From positions 18,210 through 82,209 of IMG/VR virus record IMGVR_UViG_3300043388_000012: a stretch of 64,000 nucleotides of DNA; one strand, 5' to 3'. Positions 28,530-37,637 of the stretch are shown here, in pieces. A program made the position numbers and the translations under genes. The notes under the pieces are model-generated. The model had not been told where the DNA came from and searched no databases. It was given only the letters and a program-made list of their open reading frames with translations. This stretch comes from a virus. Lineage: Duplodnaviria; Caudoviricetes. Numbering within the stretch: position 1 is the first letter of the stretch; every line of letters begins with the position of its first letter.

Positions 28530-28880
28530 ATGAACCGGACGGACGATCGAAGGTGGGGCAGAAGCAAGTTGCTGCGGCATGGGCATCTGCTCCGCGCGTT
28601 ACGTGAAGATGCCGGACTGTCTCAAGCGCGGCTCTGTCAGCGGATCGGAATGAGTCCAGCACAGCTCTCGGAAGTCGAGCGCGGGATACAACCGCTCTCC
28701 CTCCGACGTGCAAACCAGATCGCCAAGGTGCTCGGCAGTTCGTTCGCAGAAGTTGTGCAAGCTGTGCTTCAGGATCGCGTCGAAGATGCCGGGTTCAGCG
28801 AGCTGCAGGTGTCTGTCGTTCCGATCGCGGTTACGGCGACTGTCAACGGACATTCGCACGAAGCTGACAAGCTCCCATAG
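28530..28880 (+). CDS. XRE-family HTH regulator (candidate phage repressor)
   Basis: LRALREDAGLSQARLCQRIGMSPAQLSEVERG. Confidence 0.88.
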   Translation: MNRTDDRRWGRSKLLRHGHLLRALREDAGLSQARLCQRIGMSPAQLSEVERGIQPLSLRRANQIAKVLGSSFAEVVQAVLQDRVEDAGFSELQVSVVPIAVTATVNGHSHEADKLP

Positions 28881-28887
28881 TGTGGGT

Positions 28888-28916
28888 TTGACAGGCTATC
28901 CCTAATGCGGGACGCT
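28888..28916 (+). promoter_or_regulatory. Promoter with degenerate motif-A operator
   Basis: TTGACA-17 nt-GACGCT, with TATCCCTAATGCGGGACG overlapping the spacer. Confidence 0.6.
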
Positions 28917-28926
28917 TGTCCGCATC

Positions 28927-29826
28927 ATGGCGAAGTTGGCCCTAGCTCTGTTGATCGTGTGCTCTGGTGTCGGATGCATTGGCGCGGAGCCTGACTCGAT
29001 CGAGCAGGATGTAGGCGTCGGTACGTACGATCCGGAGCCGGCTCCCATACAGAGGGTCAGCAAGCCGGTCGCAGAAGCTCCCGAGCCATCGAAGCCGGTC
29101 GAGACTACCTCGCAGCCAGCCGTGCAGCCCCTACCTGCCGCGAAGCAAGCTCCGGTCAAGGCAGAGCCGGTCGCAGCTGCTCCGACCGCTGTAGAGCCTG
29201 CAGCTCAACCCGAGCAAGCCGCACAGCCTGAACCGGAGATCGCACAGGAGCCGACTCCGGCTCCCGAGATGACTCCCCCTGTCGTCGTGCCTGTTCCGGT
29301 TCAGGCTGCTCCCGAGCCAGCTCCGGTTACACCTGTCATCGTACCTGCTCCGGAAACGCCCGTCGTGCCTACTGTGTGTCAGCCGGATGTTTGCGAAGAC
29401 CCGTATCACTCATGCACTCCGCCGCAAACCGGAGCGCTCGACGAAGGTCACACCGATGCAGGTTCGTGGGCTCGTACGTACACGCTCCACTCCGTGACTG
29501 ACATGGATCTCATCTCGTTACCGTTCATGATGCGTAAGAGCTCGACGCTCACAGCGAAGATCGAGACTGACTTACCTCCGGGAGACGAGTACTTCCGTTG
29601 TGCTGGCGACTCGTACGATGACGGGCATACATGCGGAGCTGGCACAGGTTGGGTCCTGCACAAGGGATGCTTGATCATCGCCTCGGAGTTCACGGTTACC
29701 TGCCGCGTTACGCCTCCGGCTATCTCGTTCGGCATGCTTTACCTCCTGTTTCACCAGCCTCCGACCGATGGCGAGCTGAAGATCGCCAGCCGCTGCGAGT
29801 ACGATGTAGCCGTCAGTTGGCACTGA
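28927..29826 (+). CDS. Lipoprotein with Pro/Ala-rich stalk and Cys-rich C-terminal domain
   Basis: MAKLALALLIVCSGVGC signal/lipobox-like start; PEP/PVV-rich linker. Confidence 0.7.
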   Translation: MAKLALALLIVCSGVGCIGAEPDSIEQDVGVGTYDPEPAPIQRVSKPVAEAPEPSKPVETTSQPAVQPLPAAKQAPVKAEPVAAAPTAVEPAAQPEQAAQPEPEIAQEPTPAPEMTPPVVVPVPVQAAPEPAPVTPVIVPAPETPVVPTVCQPDVCEDPYHSCTPPQTGALDEGHTDAGSWARTYTLHSVTDMDLISLPFMMRKSSTLTAKIETDLPPGDEYFRCAGDSYDDGHTCGAGTGWVLHKGCLIIASEFTVTCRVTPPAISFGMLYLLFHQPPTDGELKIASRCEYDVAVSWH

Positions 29827-29842
29827 AATCTGCGAATAGCCC

Positions 29843-29871
29843 TTGCGCGTGAGTCCCGGATAGGGGACACT
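29843..29871 (+). promoter_or_regulatory. Promoter with motif-A operator
   Basis: TTGCGC-17 nt-GACACT; AGTCCCGGATAGGGGACA. Confidence 0.65.
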
Positions 29872-30070
29872 TTACTCCAGACGAGCAAACCGCTCGGAAG
29901 GAGTAGCCGTGAGGAAGTTGTTTTCGCAGGTCTCGGAAGACGTCAGCTGCATCGTTGGTTGGGCCATGTTTGCGTACACGCTCGGAGGCTCGAAGCTGCA
30001 TCTGATGGATGCAGTGCGGCGCATCGTGGGCAAGTCCGACCGCTGAAGCGTTGGCGCTCCCGAGTCGATC

Positions 30071-30331
30071 ATGACTCGGGTTGCGCGAGCTCTTCAGCTC
30101 GATGGAGGTCACATGCCGCTGCATACGTACGGATTCGCAAACGAGCACAGCAACCTGATTGGCTACAAGGCCGATCAATCACGTGAAAGCGCGCGCGATT
30201 GGGCGAGAGAATGGCTCGAACAGCATCCCGAAGCGACCTGCGTTGAGGTCTGGCGAGACGGCAGGGATGAAGATGGTGAGCCGTTTCCTTCGTTCGTTGT
30301 CCGTAGAGAGCCCGCGGAGGCTCAATCATGA
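30071..30331 (+). CDS. Hypothetical protein
   Basis: Operon tiling; start uncertain. Confidence 0.55.
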   Translation: MTRVARALQLDGGHMPLHTYGFANEHSNLIGYKADQSRESARDWAREWLEQHPEATCVEVWRDGRDEDGEPFPSFVVRREPAEAQS

Positions 30332-30546
30332 AGCGTGATGTTCTGATGTTTTGCGGCGGTTTTGCTGTGGCGATCGCGCTGGCTAGCCAAGCCGTGCATG
30401 CTGATCCGACTCCGGCTCTCGACCGTCAGCTGATGGATGCGATTGCGCGCTCGCTCGCCGATCAAGTTCGTGCGACAGAGAAGGTTGCGAACGCGACTGA
30501 GCGCGTTGCAAGCCAGGTCGAACGGGCAGGAGAGCGATGCAGATGA
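30328..30546 (+). CDS. Small secreted protein
   Basis: Signal peptide-like N-terminus ending VHA. Confidence 0.6.
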   Translation: MKRDVLMFCGGFAVAIALASQAVHADPTPALDRQLMDAIARSLADQVRATEKVANATERVASQVERAGERCR

Positions 30547-30743
30547 CAACTCCACAGCAGCCGGCAATCACACTCGAGATGCAGCTCAAAGGGCTCGAAT
30601 GGAAGCTGCACGAGGGCCAATGGCAGCCTGTCTGTGGCACGTGCAAGGGCAACTGTGGCCAGTGCGGCTTGACCGGCATCATCGGCAACGATGTGCAGGC
30701 GAGCATGGAAGCTCTCGCGAAGAACCTAACCAGGGGCTCGTGA
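30537..30743 (+). CDS. Small Cys-rich protein
   Basis: CGTCKGNCGQCG. Confidence 0.55.
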   Translation: MQMTTPQQPAITLEMQLKGLEWKLHEGQWQPVCGTCKGNCGQCGLTGIIGNDVQASMEALAKNLTRGS

Positions 30744-30897
30744 CGATCACTCAAGCGCTGAAGCTAGCGGAGCTCGTGCGGAAGGTTGGGCCCGAGACTC
30801 CCGCGCATGAAGCTCTAGTCACGCTAGCGGCCGCATACATCGAGCTCCTGAACCCGAAGGAGCCGAAGCCGGATAAGCGGCTAATCGGACCCAAGCG

Positions 30898-31602
30898 CTA
30901 AGCGCACAAAACGCTAGGCGGGCGTTTGCGTCGGCGCGTCGACTCGCAGAACTCGCACATCGTTTGGCGGCCAGTGCGGCGAACGAACGGATCGCCGCAG
31001 CGCTTGCAGTCCGGAGTCGCGATCGTGAGCTTCCCAATCCAACTAACGTCGCCTCCGTTGTTGTCTCTGAGCTTCGAGAGCGCGCTGTTCTCGATCTGTC
31101 TGACGCGCTCACGAGTGATCGACATGTACTCGCCGATCTCCTCGAGGGTCATCCCGCATGGATGCTTGCGCACAGCATCTTTCGCAGCTGTATGGTTATC
31201 CCACTCGAGATCCGCCCATGGGTCTGGTATGTGCGCAGGGGCTCGACCTCTCCGCTTCGGCGCAATCGGCGGCGGAGGCGGTTGGCGTACTCGGAGCCGC
31301 GGTAACGTCGGCTGCGGCGAGATGAAGGCAGGCATGATCTGCCGCACTCGGAGCCGAGGAACCGCGGGAGGCGTTGGAGGTATCTGGCGAACTCTCAGGC
31401 GAGGCGATGCGACTGAAAAGGGAATCATCGCGACCGGAGGCGGTTGACGATTCTGGAGGCCTGAGAGAGCTGCTATCGGGGTTGTTGATCGAATTCTGTA
31501 CCGCACCAGGGAGTTTTGCATCTGCCCTGCATGTAGGTGGCTAGTCACCACAAAACACTGAAGGTCGAATTCGGTTTTTGACGAACTCTTGACGTTGAGC
31601 AA
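30898..31602 (-). CDS. Sigma70 region-4 domain protein with C-terminal Zn finger
   Basis: MTLEEIGEYMSITRERVRQIENSALSKLR; CKRC...CEFC. True start uncertain and probably shorter. Confidence 0.8.
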   Translation of the reverse strand: MLNVKSSSKTEFDLQCFVVTSHLHAGQMQNSLVRYRIRSTTPIAALSGLQNRQPPPVAMIPFSVASPRLRVRQIPPTPPAVPRLRVRQIMPAFISPQPTLPRLRVRQPPPPPIAPKRRGRAPAHIPDPWADLEWDNHTAAKDAVRKHPCGMTLEEIGEYMSITRERVRQIENSALSKLRDNNGGDVSWIGKLTIATPDCKRCGDPFVRRTGRQTMCEFCESTRRRKRPPSVLCA

Positions 31603-31607
31603 TCACC

Positions 31608-31636
31608 TTGACGTGAAGTCCCGGATGCGGGACACT
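31608..31636 (+). promoter_or_regulatory. Promoter with motif-A operator
   Basis: TTGACG-17 nt-GACACT; AGTCCCGGATGCGGGACA. Confidence 0.75.
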
Positions 31637-31643
31637 CAAGGAG

Positions 31644-31949
31644 TTGAAAGGGATGGTCACTGTGAAGAAAATGCTGAAGTTGCGCGCGATTCAAACGCTG
31701 CACGGTAACGAGGCGGCGACTCAGGAGATTCTGCGAGCTCTCAAGCTCTCACAAGGCAACATGCGCGATGCGTGTGCGGCGTTGGGTATCGGGAAATCTT
31801 CGATGTATCGCTTGATCGAAGACCTGAACGCACAAGCTGCGATCGACAAGCTCGTTGCCTCCCTCGGCGTGAAGATTCAGGGCAAGGAGTTGTCTGCCGC
31901 CGCAGCTCCGGTCAAGGGCCCGAAGCCGCGCGTGAAGAAGGTCGCATGA
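31644..31949 (+). CDS. Fis-type (HTH_8) DNA-binding protein
   Basis: ILRALKLSQGNMRDACAALGIGKSSMYRLI. Confidence 0.8.
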   Translation: MKGMVTVKKMLKLRAIQTLHGNEAATQEILRALKLSQGNMRDACAALGIGKSSMYRLIEDLNAQAAIDKLVASLGVKIQGKELSAAAAPVKGPKPRVKKVA

Positions 31950-32299
31950 TGCTCGACGTCAGCGCGTTGCTCGAAGCTGGCTATCGTCCGCACAAGTGTG
32001 ACAACCCGGTAGCTGACAACACGGTTTATCAAAAGGTGATCCGAAGCGGGGGAGAGAAGCTCTACTTCGTCAATGTCACCTTTTGGTATTTCGATAAGCA
32101 CTTTCCGGATAGAGGCGCGCAGACTAGCGCGAGTTGTGAAGCCCGGCTCTACCTGCCCGAAGCTAATCCGCTTGTAGGGTCTGCAGGCTTCACGCTCGCA
32201 CTGCATCTTGAGATGACCGCGACAGTCGCTGAAATCGAGGCGTTTTACGCTACTGCGTACAAGGCGATGCAGTGCGTGCCTGACCTGCACAACAACTAG
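31946..32299 (+). CDS. Hypothetical protein
   Basis: ATGA overlap; followed by a terminator. Confidence 0.65.
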   Translation: MMLDVSALLEAGYRPHKCDNPVADNTVYQKVIRSGGEKLYFVNVTFWYFDKHFPDRGAQTSASCEARLYLPEANPLVGSAGFTLALHLEMTATVAEIEAFYATAYKAMQCVPDLHNN

Positions 32300-32316
32300 A
32301 ACGCGTCGAAACGAAG

Positions 32317-32348
32317 AAGCCTGCGAGCACTTGTCTCGCAGGCTTTTT
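32317..32348 (+). terminator. Rho-independent terminator, probably bidirectional
   Basis: AAGCCTGCGAG-7 nt-CTCGCAGGCTT followed by a T run; sits between convergent genes. Confidence 0.85.
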
Positions 32349-32585
32349 GCGTTTGGCTCAGTGCGGCCGCAAGCTCGGATCTTCGTATCCTATCGGGGCT
32401 TCGTCAGGGAGTTGGGCATGGGTGCCCGACCTCCTTGGCGGAGTTTTAGGCGCCTCTCAGAGCCGCAAAATGCGGTTCGAGGTGCTAACCCTCGTACGCT
32501 CGGAAGCGCGTCCGCTGCAGCCTGCTAGAGCCGTCCTTCTCTGGTCGGCTAAGGCGTTCGTCACTCGCCTCCGGTGACTCCGCTC

Positions 32586-32996
32586 CTAGCCAGAGCTGGG
32601 TAAGGAGGCATTCATGCAGTCTTCGCAGAACTCCGGATGACGCATCGTTCGGCGCGCACTCCGAAGCGAGCTCTCTCCGAGAATCGTTGCGTGAGCCGAG
32701 CACACAACTGCGTAGCGGGCTCCGCAGTCGATGCCCTGCTCCGATGCCACGTAGACAACGATCCGGGAGCCTGAAGCCGCGTAGACAGCTTCTGCGATGT
32801 GCCCTGCTTCCCTGCGCGCGGGAAACCTCCGGGCAATATGCCGCTCGCAGAGGTAACGGACTTCGCCAGTGAAGCCGCACACTCGGCAGTAGCGGCCTAG
32901 ATCGACACAAGCCTTCGCAGAGTGGTCGGGAGCCGCGCAGTGCTCGCAGGCATCGCACACGGCTTGCACGATCCGGAGCTCGTTACGTTTGCCCAT
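32586..32996 (-). CDS. Cassette L8: Cys/His-rich protein (leaderless)
   Basis: ATG 6 nt after -10 CACACT; CDACEHC, CRVCG, CAHC-like and CEDC clusters. Confidence 0.75.
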   Translation of the reverse strand: MGKRNELRIVQAVCDACEHCAAPDHSAKACVDLGRYCRVCGFTGEVRYLCERHIARRFPARREAGHIAEAVYAASGSRIVVYVASEQGIDCGARYAVVCSAHATILGESSLRSARRTMRHPEFCEDCMNASLPSSG

Positions 32997-33109
32997 GATC
33001 AGAGTGTGCCGGATACGGGACACAAAAGCAAGTCGACCCGAGCCATTTTCTGACTCCAGGTCGACTTGCTTTGGGAGGCGGCATCCTACCGCCTCTGCTG
33101 CCCTGCTCT

Positions 33110-33316
33110 TCAGTGAGCGGCTAGCTCCCGATACAGCGCGTTCGTGCGCTCGCTCGCATCGGCAAAGCTCTGCAGGGTGCGAGTGCTCTTACTCACATCG
33201 TGCCGCTCGCTTGCGGCGTGTTCCGCCTTGAGAGCGATCGCGATATCCGCGCGGATTGCGTCGGCGGAGCGCTTGGGTTGCTTCTTCGTGGTCCGGCTTT
33301 GTTTCGTCTTCGGCAT
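33110..33316 (-). CDS. Cassette L7: small basic protein (leaderless)
   Basis: ATG 6 nt after -10 TACTCT. Confidence 0.75.
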   Translation of the reverse strand: MPKTKQSRTTKKQPKRSADAIRADIAIALKAEHAASERHDVSKSTRTLQSFADASERTNALYRELAAH

Positions 33317-33381
33317 GTGTTTAGAGTACCGGATGCGGGACAGAATGCAAACCGACTCACGTCGATTTTGGCGCCAGTATC

Positions 33382-33624
33382 CTACACCCCTAGTTCGCGG
33401 CGAGCAGCTGCGATGGCGAGCTCCGCCGCTTCTTGCGTAGTGAAGTAGGCGATGTTCGAACCCCCGTCGACGTTCCGCACTGGCCAGCCGAGGATATCCG
33501 CCATCATCGCGACTGCGATGCGCGGGAAAGCAGCCTTCAAGCCGCGGTTCTTCGCGTAGTCTGCCGCATACGTCAGCACGGCTTGTGCCGCTGTCTTGTC
33601 GGCGGCGGTTGTCTTCTTGGCCAT
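33382..33624 (-). CDS. Cassette L6: hypothetical protein (leaderless)
   Basis: ATG 6 nt after -10 CACACT. Confidence 0.75.
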   Translation of the reverse strand: MAKKTTAADKTAAQAVLTYAADYAKNRGLKAAFPRIAVAMMADILGWPVRNVDGGSNIAYFTTQEAAELAIAAARRELGV

Positions 33625-33700
33625 GATCAGAGTGTGCCGGATGCGGGACAGATATGCAATCCGATTGGAGGCGGCAAAGATGCCGCCTCCGGGGGAGCTC

Positions 33701-34006
33701 TCAGACTGCGAAGGCGGCCGCAATGACAGGAGCGCACAGCCGGGCATATTCATCGCGCGCAGCGCTCCGGTTGCCTACCAAAACACCGTTCACTTCGATT
33801 TGATCCCAAGCGCGGACATCGTTTGAGTCATACGAGGCGACTTTCATCGACACACATACTTCGATGCCGTTCGGGATCGAGAGGCAGAATGCTTTGATGT
33901 GCGTGTTCGCCATGATCTCGCCGCAGTGGTAGGCGAAGGTCGAGAGCACGTGCTCTTGAATCTGTTGTTTTGAGGTAGTAGCAACTTTGGGGGACTTCTT
34001 GCTCAT
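33701..34006 (-). CDS. Cassette L5: hypothetical protein (leaderless)
   Basis: ATG 6 nt after -10 CACCAT; downstream hairpin at 33667-33691. Confidence 0.75.
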   Translation of the reverse strand: MSKKSPKVATTSKQQIQEHVLSTFAYHCGEIMANTHIKAFCLSIPNGIEVCVSMKVASYDSNDVRAWDQIEVNGVLVGNRSAARDEYARLCAPVIAAAFAV

Positions 34007-34081
34007 GTCTTTATGGTGCCGGATGCGGGACAGATACGCAAGCTGATTTGAGGCGGCAGGAAGCCGCCTCCGGGGAGAGCT

Positions 34082-34390
34082 TCAGCGCGGCTTGAGCGCC
34101 ATATGCGGTTCGACAACGTAGTCGAAGCACTCGGATGCTTTGCCGATGATGCGCCCAACCTGTTTCCAGGACTTGGCTTGACGCACATTGCAGTCACGGT
34201 CGATGAACGCGCGCACGCCGTTCTTAGGGCAGGAGATGCGGGCATACTTGGGCCCGATAGTCGCCTCGAAGTCGCGATAGAGCGGGACCTTGCCATCACA
34301 CTCGATGAGCTTGACGCGTACATTGCAGGCTTCGATGAAGGCTGCGACGAAGCCCGAGAAACTGTCAGCGGCTGAGTTGCTGTTGTCCAT
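34082..34390 (-). CDS. Cassette L4: hypothetical phage protein (leaderless)
   Basis: GPKYARI...VRAFID...KSWK resembles a widespread small phage family; hairpin at 34051-34071. Confidence 0.75.
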   Translation of the reverse strand: MDNSNSAADSFSGFVAAFIEACNVRVKLIECDGKVPLYRDFEATIGPKYARISCPKNGVRAFIDRDCNVRQAKSWKQVGRIIGKASECFDYVVEPHMALKPR

Positions 34391-34481
34391 GTCTAAACAG
34401 TACCGGATGCGGGACAGATAAGCTAGGCGGTTCGAGACGATTTTGGAGGCGGCGTCCTACACACACGCCTCCGGGGGAGCT

Positions 34482-34730
34482 TCAGTGCGTGAAGCCTTCC
34501 CAGCTGCAAGCCGGTTTGCTGGCGTCCTTCCGGAAGCCAATGGCTCCGAGTTGCTCACACTGAATCCAGCCGGAGAGGGAGAGGTTTTGCCGCAAGCCGC
34601 AGCCACATTTTGGGCAAACACCAGAGGCAACGACTGCTCGCGTCTCCGCTTGTTGGGCTGCGATCCGAGCATCGCTCGCAGCGCGCTCCGCCTTGCGTGC
34701 CGATCGTTCCGTTTTGCTCATGCGTGCCAT
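34482..34730 (-). CDS. Cassette L3: Zn-ribbon protein (leadered, GGAG RBS)
   Basis: CPKCG...C...C; hairpin at 34446-34471. Confidence 0.75.
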   Translation of the reverse strand: MARMSKTERSARKAERAASDARIAAQQAETRAVVASGVCPKCGCGLRQNLSLSGWIQCEQLGAIGFRKDASKPACSWEGFTH

Positions 34731-34804
34731 GCGTTTACTCCGAGGTGCGTTGCGTTGCTGACAGTTGATAGAGTTCCGGATACGGGACAGATACGCAAGC
34801 CGAT

Positions 34805-34951
34805 TCAGGTCGACTTTTTGGCGGCGCATTGCGCGCGGTTGATCTGCTCCCAAAGTGCTTCGAGAGCGAGCGTCAGAGCTTTGGCTTCGTCCGTATCTCC
34901 CATGCGGGAGAGCTTGGCTTCGATGATGTGAACCGCGGTGATTTTTTCCAT
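34805..34951 (-). CDS. Cassette L2: 48-aa protein (leaderless; below the ORF-track cutoff)
   Basis: MEKITAVHIIEAKLSRMGDTDEAKALTLALEALWEQINRAQCAAKKST; ATG 6 nt after TACTGT. Confidence 0.7.
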   Translation of the reverse strand: MEKITAVHIIEAKLSRMGDTDEAKALTLALEALWEQINRAQCAAKKST

Positions 34952-35030
34952 GTCCAAACAGTACCGGATGCGGGACAGATAAGCAAGCCGAGTTCAAGGG
35001 GGAGATACCCTCCCCCTTGGTAGGCAAGTC

Positions 35031-35333
35031 TTAGAACTTACCGACGTTGCGGCGGATTTCCGCAACGATGGTGATTTGGATGCCGCATGCGGCGGCCCAT
35101 TCGAGCCAGCCTTCGCGCAAGCGCTCGATCGCGTACTCCTCGGACTTGTGTCCGTTGATGCAGTCAACCGCGGCAGGTCGACCGCGGCCTTTGATCGTTT
35201 CCGCCCATTTTACGAGCGAGACCGAGTCTTTCGACCCTTTGATCGAGATGCCGACAATGGAGTTGCCCGGAGTGAAGAAAGACGTGCCAGTGATGATTTG
35301 GAGTTGCGCGATGCTGTTGTTGTTCGTGGTCAT
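35031..35333 (-). CDS. Cassette L1: hypothetical protein (leadered)
   Basis: GGAG RBS; hairpin near 34998-35018. Confidence 0.7.
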   Translation of the reverse strand: MTTNNNSIAQLQIITGTSFFTPGNSIVGISIKGSKDSVSLVKWAETIKGRGRPAAVDCINGHKSEEYAIERLREGWLEWAAACGIQITIVAEIRRNVGKF

Positions 35334-35480
35334 GTTGTTCGGCTCCGGGTTGTTGCGTTGACTTGGTAAACGTGGCCCGCATCCGGGACAGATGCAAACC
35401 GAATCGAGCCGATTTTGCGGGCGATGTAGGCAAGCCGATTTCGGGTTGCACGTGTCCCGCATCCGGGATAGGTTAGACGT

Positions 35481-35936
35481 ATGGACAACGGCAACGACAA
35501 ACCAACGATTCAGAGCTTCGGCGTGCTGGCTGGCGCGTACCTGAACCACGCGAAAGACACTGCGTTTCTCACGCATGCGTGCGAGGTCGACTCGAACGGC
35601 TATCCGGTCAAGGTCCTCTGCAACCGAGTGAAGGCAGAGCACATCTGTCCGGATGGCTACTCGGACGAAGAGTTAGCGGGCCCTGCTACCTGCCCTGCCT
35701 GTGCGAAGAAGGACCCTCGGCATCTCACACGAGAGCGCAAGGAGGCGTTGATCTGGCGACATACGTCGAAGGATTACCGCGGAGTCGTTGGCGGCGCGAA
35801 GACGATCCTTGTGCTCCGGTTGGGCGGAACTACGCTCGTACCGCTCTCCGGTCTCACGGATGCGGAGCTAGCGAGCGAGCTCAAGAGCGCGCAGCACGCC
35901 GAAGCCAAGCGGCTGGCGAAGAAGACGGCGAAGTGA
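35481..35936 (+). CDS. Cassette R1a: two-domain Zn-binding protein (leaderless)
   Basis: HAC...C...CPAC; ATG 6 nt after TAGGTT. Confidence 0.75.
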   Translation: MDNGNDKPTIQSFGVLAGAYLNHAKDTAFLTHACEVDSNGYPVKVLCNRVKAEHICPDGYSDEELAGPATCPACAKKDPRHLTRERKEALIWRHTSKDYRGVVGGAKTILVLRLGGTTLVPLSGLTDAELASELKSAQHAEAKRLAKKTAK

Positions 35937-36163
35937 TGGATGCGATCACATGGACGCTACAGGCAGGTACTCCGCACTACGCGTCTAGCTGCGGCCGCTA
36001 CGTTGCTCTGTATGTGCGCACGAGCCGGACAGGCTTCGCGATCTACCGAGTGTTCCGGGCAAGCCTGCCGTATGCACAGCGGAAAGAACGCAACGCGCTC
36101 TCGGTCGGCGGCTTGCCAGCTCTCGCCTATTGGGAGCGCAAGGAGCTCCCAGAAGGAATGTAA
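35936..36163 (+). CDS. Cassette R1b: hypothetical protein
   Basis: TGATG coupling to R1a. Confidence 0.6.
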   Translation: MDAITWTLQAGTPHYASSCGRYVALYVRTSRTGFAIYRVFRASLPYAQRKERNALSVGGLPALAYWERKELPEGM

Positions 36164-36176
36164 CCTCGAGGATACA
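36159..36176. repeat. Motif B copy 4
   Basis: TGTAACCTCGAGGATACA overlapping the R1b stop codon. Confidence 0.9.
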
Positions 36177-36283
36177 CGGAGGCGTGTAGGATGCCGCCTC
36201 CAAAATCGGTGCGAGTCGAGTTGCATCCATCCCGCATCCGGGACACATTGAGATTGTCAGCAGCAACCGAAGGACGAACGAAG

Positions 36284-36517
36284 ATGACCGCGAACACTTG
36301 GTACACGATGAGCTTCCGCGATGGTGTGGTCGTCTACTTCCTCCCGAACGGCGAGATTCAAAAGAACAGCAAGCGAGTTGGCTTGCTCGTGACAGTCGAT
36401 ACCACGCGACCGCGCGCCAAGCCGAGCTCCAAGAAGTCCGCTGTTCATCCTCTCGAGTTCAGCGGCTGGAAGGTCGCAGAGATTGTGCCTGCCGCCGTCG
36501 CACTTCTCGGGATGTGA
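36284..36517 (+). CDS. Cassette R2: hypothetical protein (leadered)
   Basis: Promoter TTGCAT-17-CACATT; AAGGA RBS. Confidence 0.7.
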   Translation: MTANTWYTMSFRDGVVVYFLPNGEIQKNSKRVGLLVTVDTTRPRAKPSSKKSAVHPLEFSGWKVAEIVPAAVALLGM

Positions 36518-36653
36518 GCAACACCTACACGGGAAATCGGATCGGGACGGAGCGTATGACACCTAACCTCGAAGCTCGTGCGGTTGCGGAGGCTTGCGAG
36601 CAATCGGTCTAGACCGGCTTGCACATCTGTCCCGCATCCGGCACAGTAACGGT

Positions 36654-36896
36654 ATGAACACGGCAACGAAAACGGCTCTCCAGACCAACGCAACGCGGAT
36701 CGCGACCTGGATGGCGGCCGCCGACGAGGATGGCGATGGCTCGCCGATTCAAGGGATGGCTGCGAAAGTCTCCGAGCTGGCGCAAACCCTGCTCGCGATT
36801 CGCGATACCGCATGGTCGCGCACTCTCCTGACAGTGCTCCCGATGCACCTGCGAGACCGCGTGATCGCGGCAGGCCGCCAGCTGAAAGCAGCCTAG
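36654..36896 (+). CDS. Cassette R3: hypothetical protein (leaderless)
   Basis: ATG 6 nt after CACAGT. Confidence 0.75.
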   Translation: MNTATKTALQTNATRIATWMAAADEDGDGSPIQGMAAKVSELAQTLLAIRDTAWSRTLLTVLPMHLRDRVIAAGRQLKAA

Positions 36897-37018
36897 GGGG
36901 AAGGAGCTAGGGAGCCTCGAACGGGCTCCCGGAGGCACTACGGAGCCGGAATAGCCCGGCTCCCGAGCTCTGGAGCTGAAGCGGATCGGATCGGCCCCGA
37001 TCGATGGTAGGATAGGGT

Positions 37019-37228
37019 ATGCGAACAAAGTCAAAAGTGAGTGCGAAACAGCAAGCAGCTCGGGAGCTTCTTGCGGCAGAGCTTCCGCCTGTGTCGGACA
37101 AAATCATGCTCCGTGAGTTTCTGCGGCTGAAGGGGCTAACACGCGACGATCTCGCTACGTCTGACGTCGATGACTTGCAGCGCCTACAAGCCTACTTTCA
37201 GGCAGTTGAGCGGATTTTCCACGTGTAG
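37019..37228 (+). CDS. Operator-less cassette: 69-aa protein
   Basis: Preceded by GGATCGGATCGG and TAGGAT-5 nt-ATG but no motif A. Confidence 0.6.
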   Translation: MRTKSKVSAKQQAARELLAAELPPVSDKIMLREFLRLKGLTRDDLATSDVDDLQRLQAYFQAVERIFHV

Positions 37229-37295
37229 GCATCGAGCGCTAAAAATCGGAGCCGATCGTGTTGCATGTCTCCCGTATCCGGGACACAATCTCTCT

Positions 37296-37625
37296 ATGGC
37301 AACCGAACACACCGTAGCACTGACGATTCTCGCGCAACTCGGCAACCGCTGCATGCAGATGATCGGCGCGAAGAACATCCTGACCTCCGAGAACGCGCTC
37401 ACCTTCAAGATTGGGCGCAACGCTAAGAGCGTGTCGCACATCCGCATCTCCCTTGATGCTGATGACACCTACACGATCGAAGCTCTCCGAGTGCGGAAGC
37501 AGAACGGTGTGCCGAAGTGCACGACGGTCGAGATTAGCTCGTGTGTGTACGTTGACCGGATGCACAAGACGATCGAGCGCTTCACGGGCATGTATACGAG
37601 CCTCGGCACGATGGGCGCGAAGTAG
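37296..37625 (+). CDS. Cassette R4: conserved phage protein (leaderless)
   Basis: VALTILAQLG...MIGAKN...LTFKI...ISLDADDTYTIE pattern; ATG 6 nt after CACAAT. Confidence 0.8.
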   Translation: MATEHTVALTILAQLGNRCMQMIGAKNILTSENALTFKIGRNAKSVSHIRISLDADDTYTIEALRVRKQNGVPKCTTVEISSCVYVDRMHKTIERFTGMYTSLGTMGAK

Positions 37626-37637
37626 GCGGTTGCCGAA

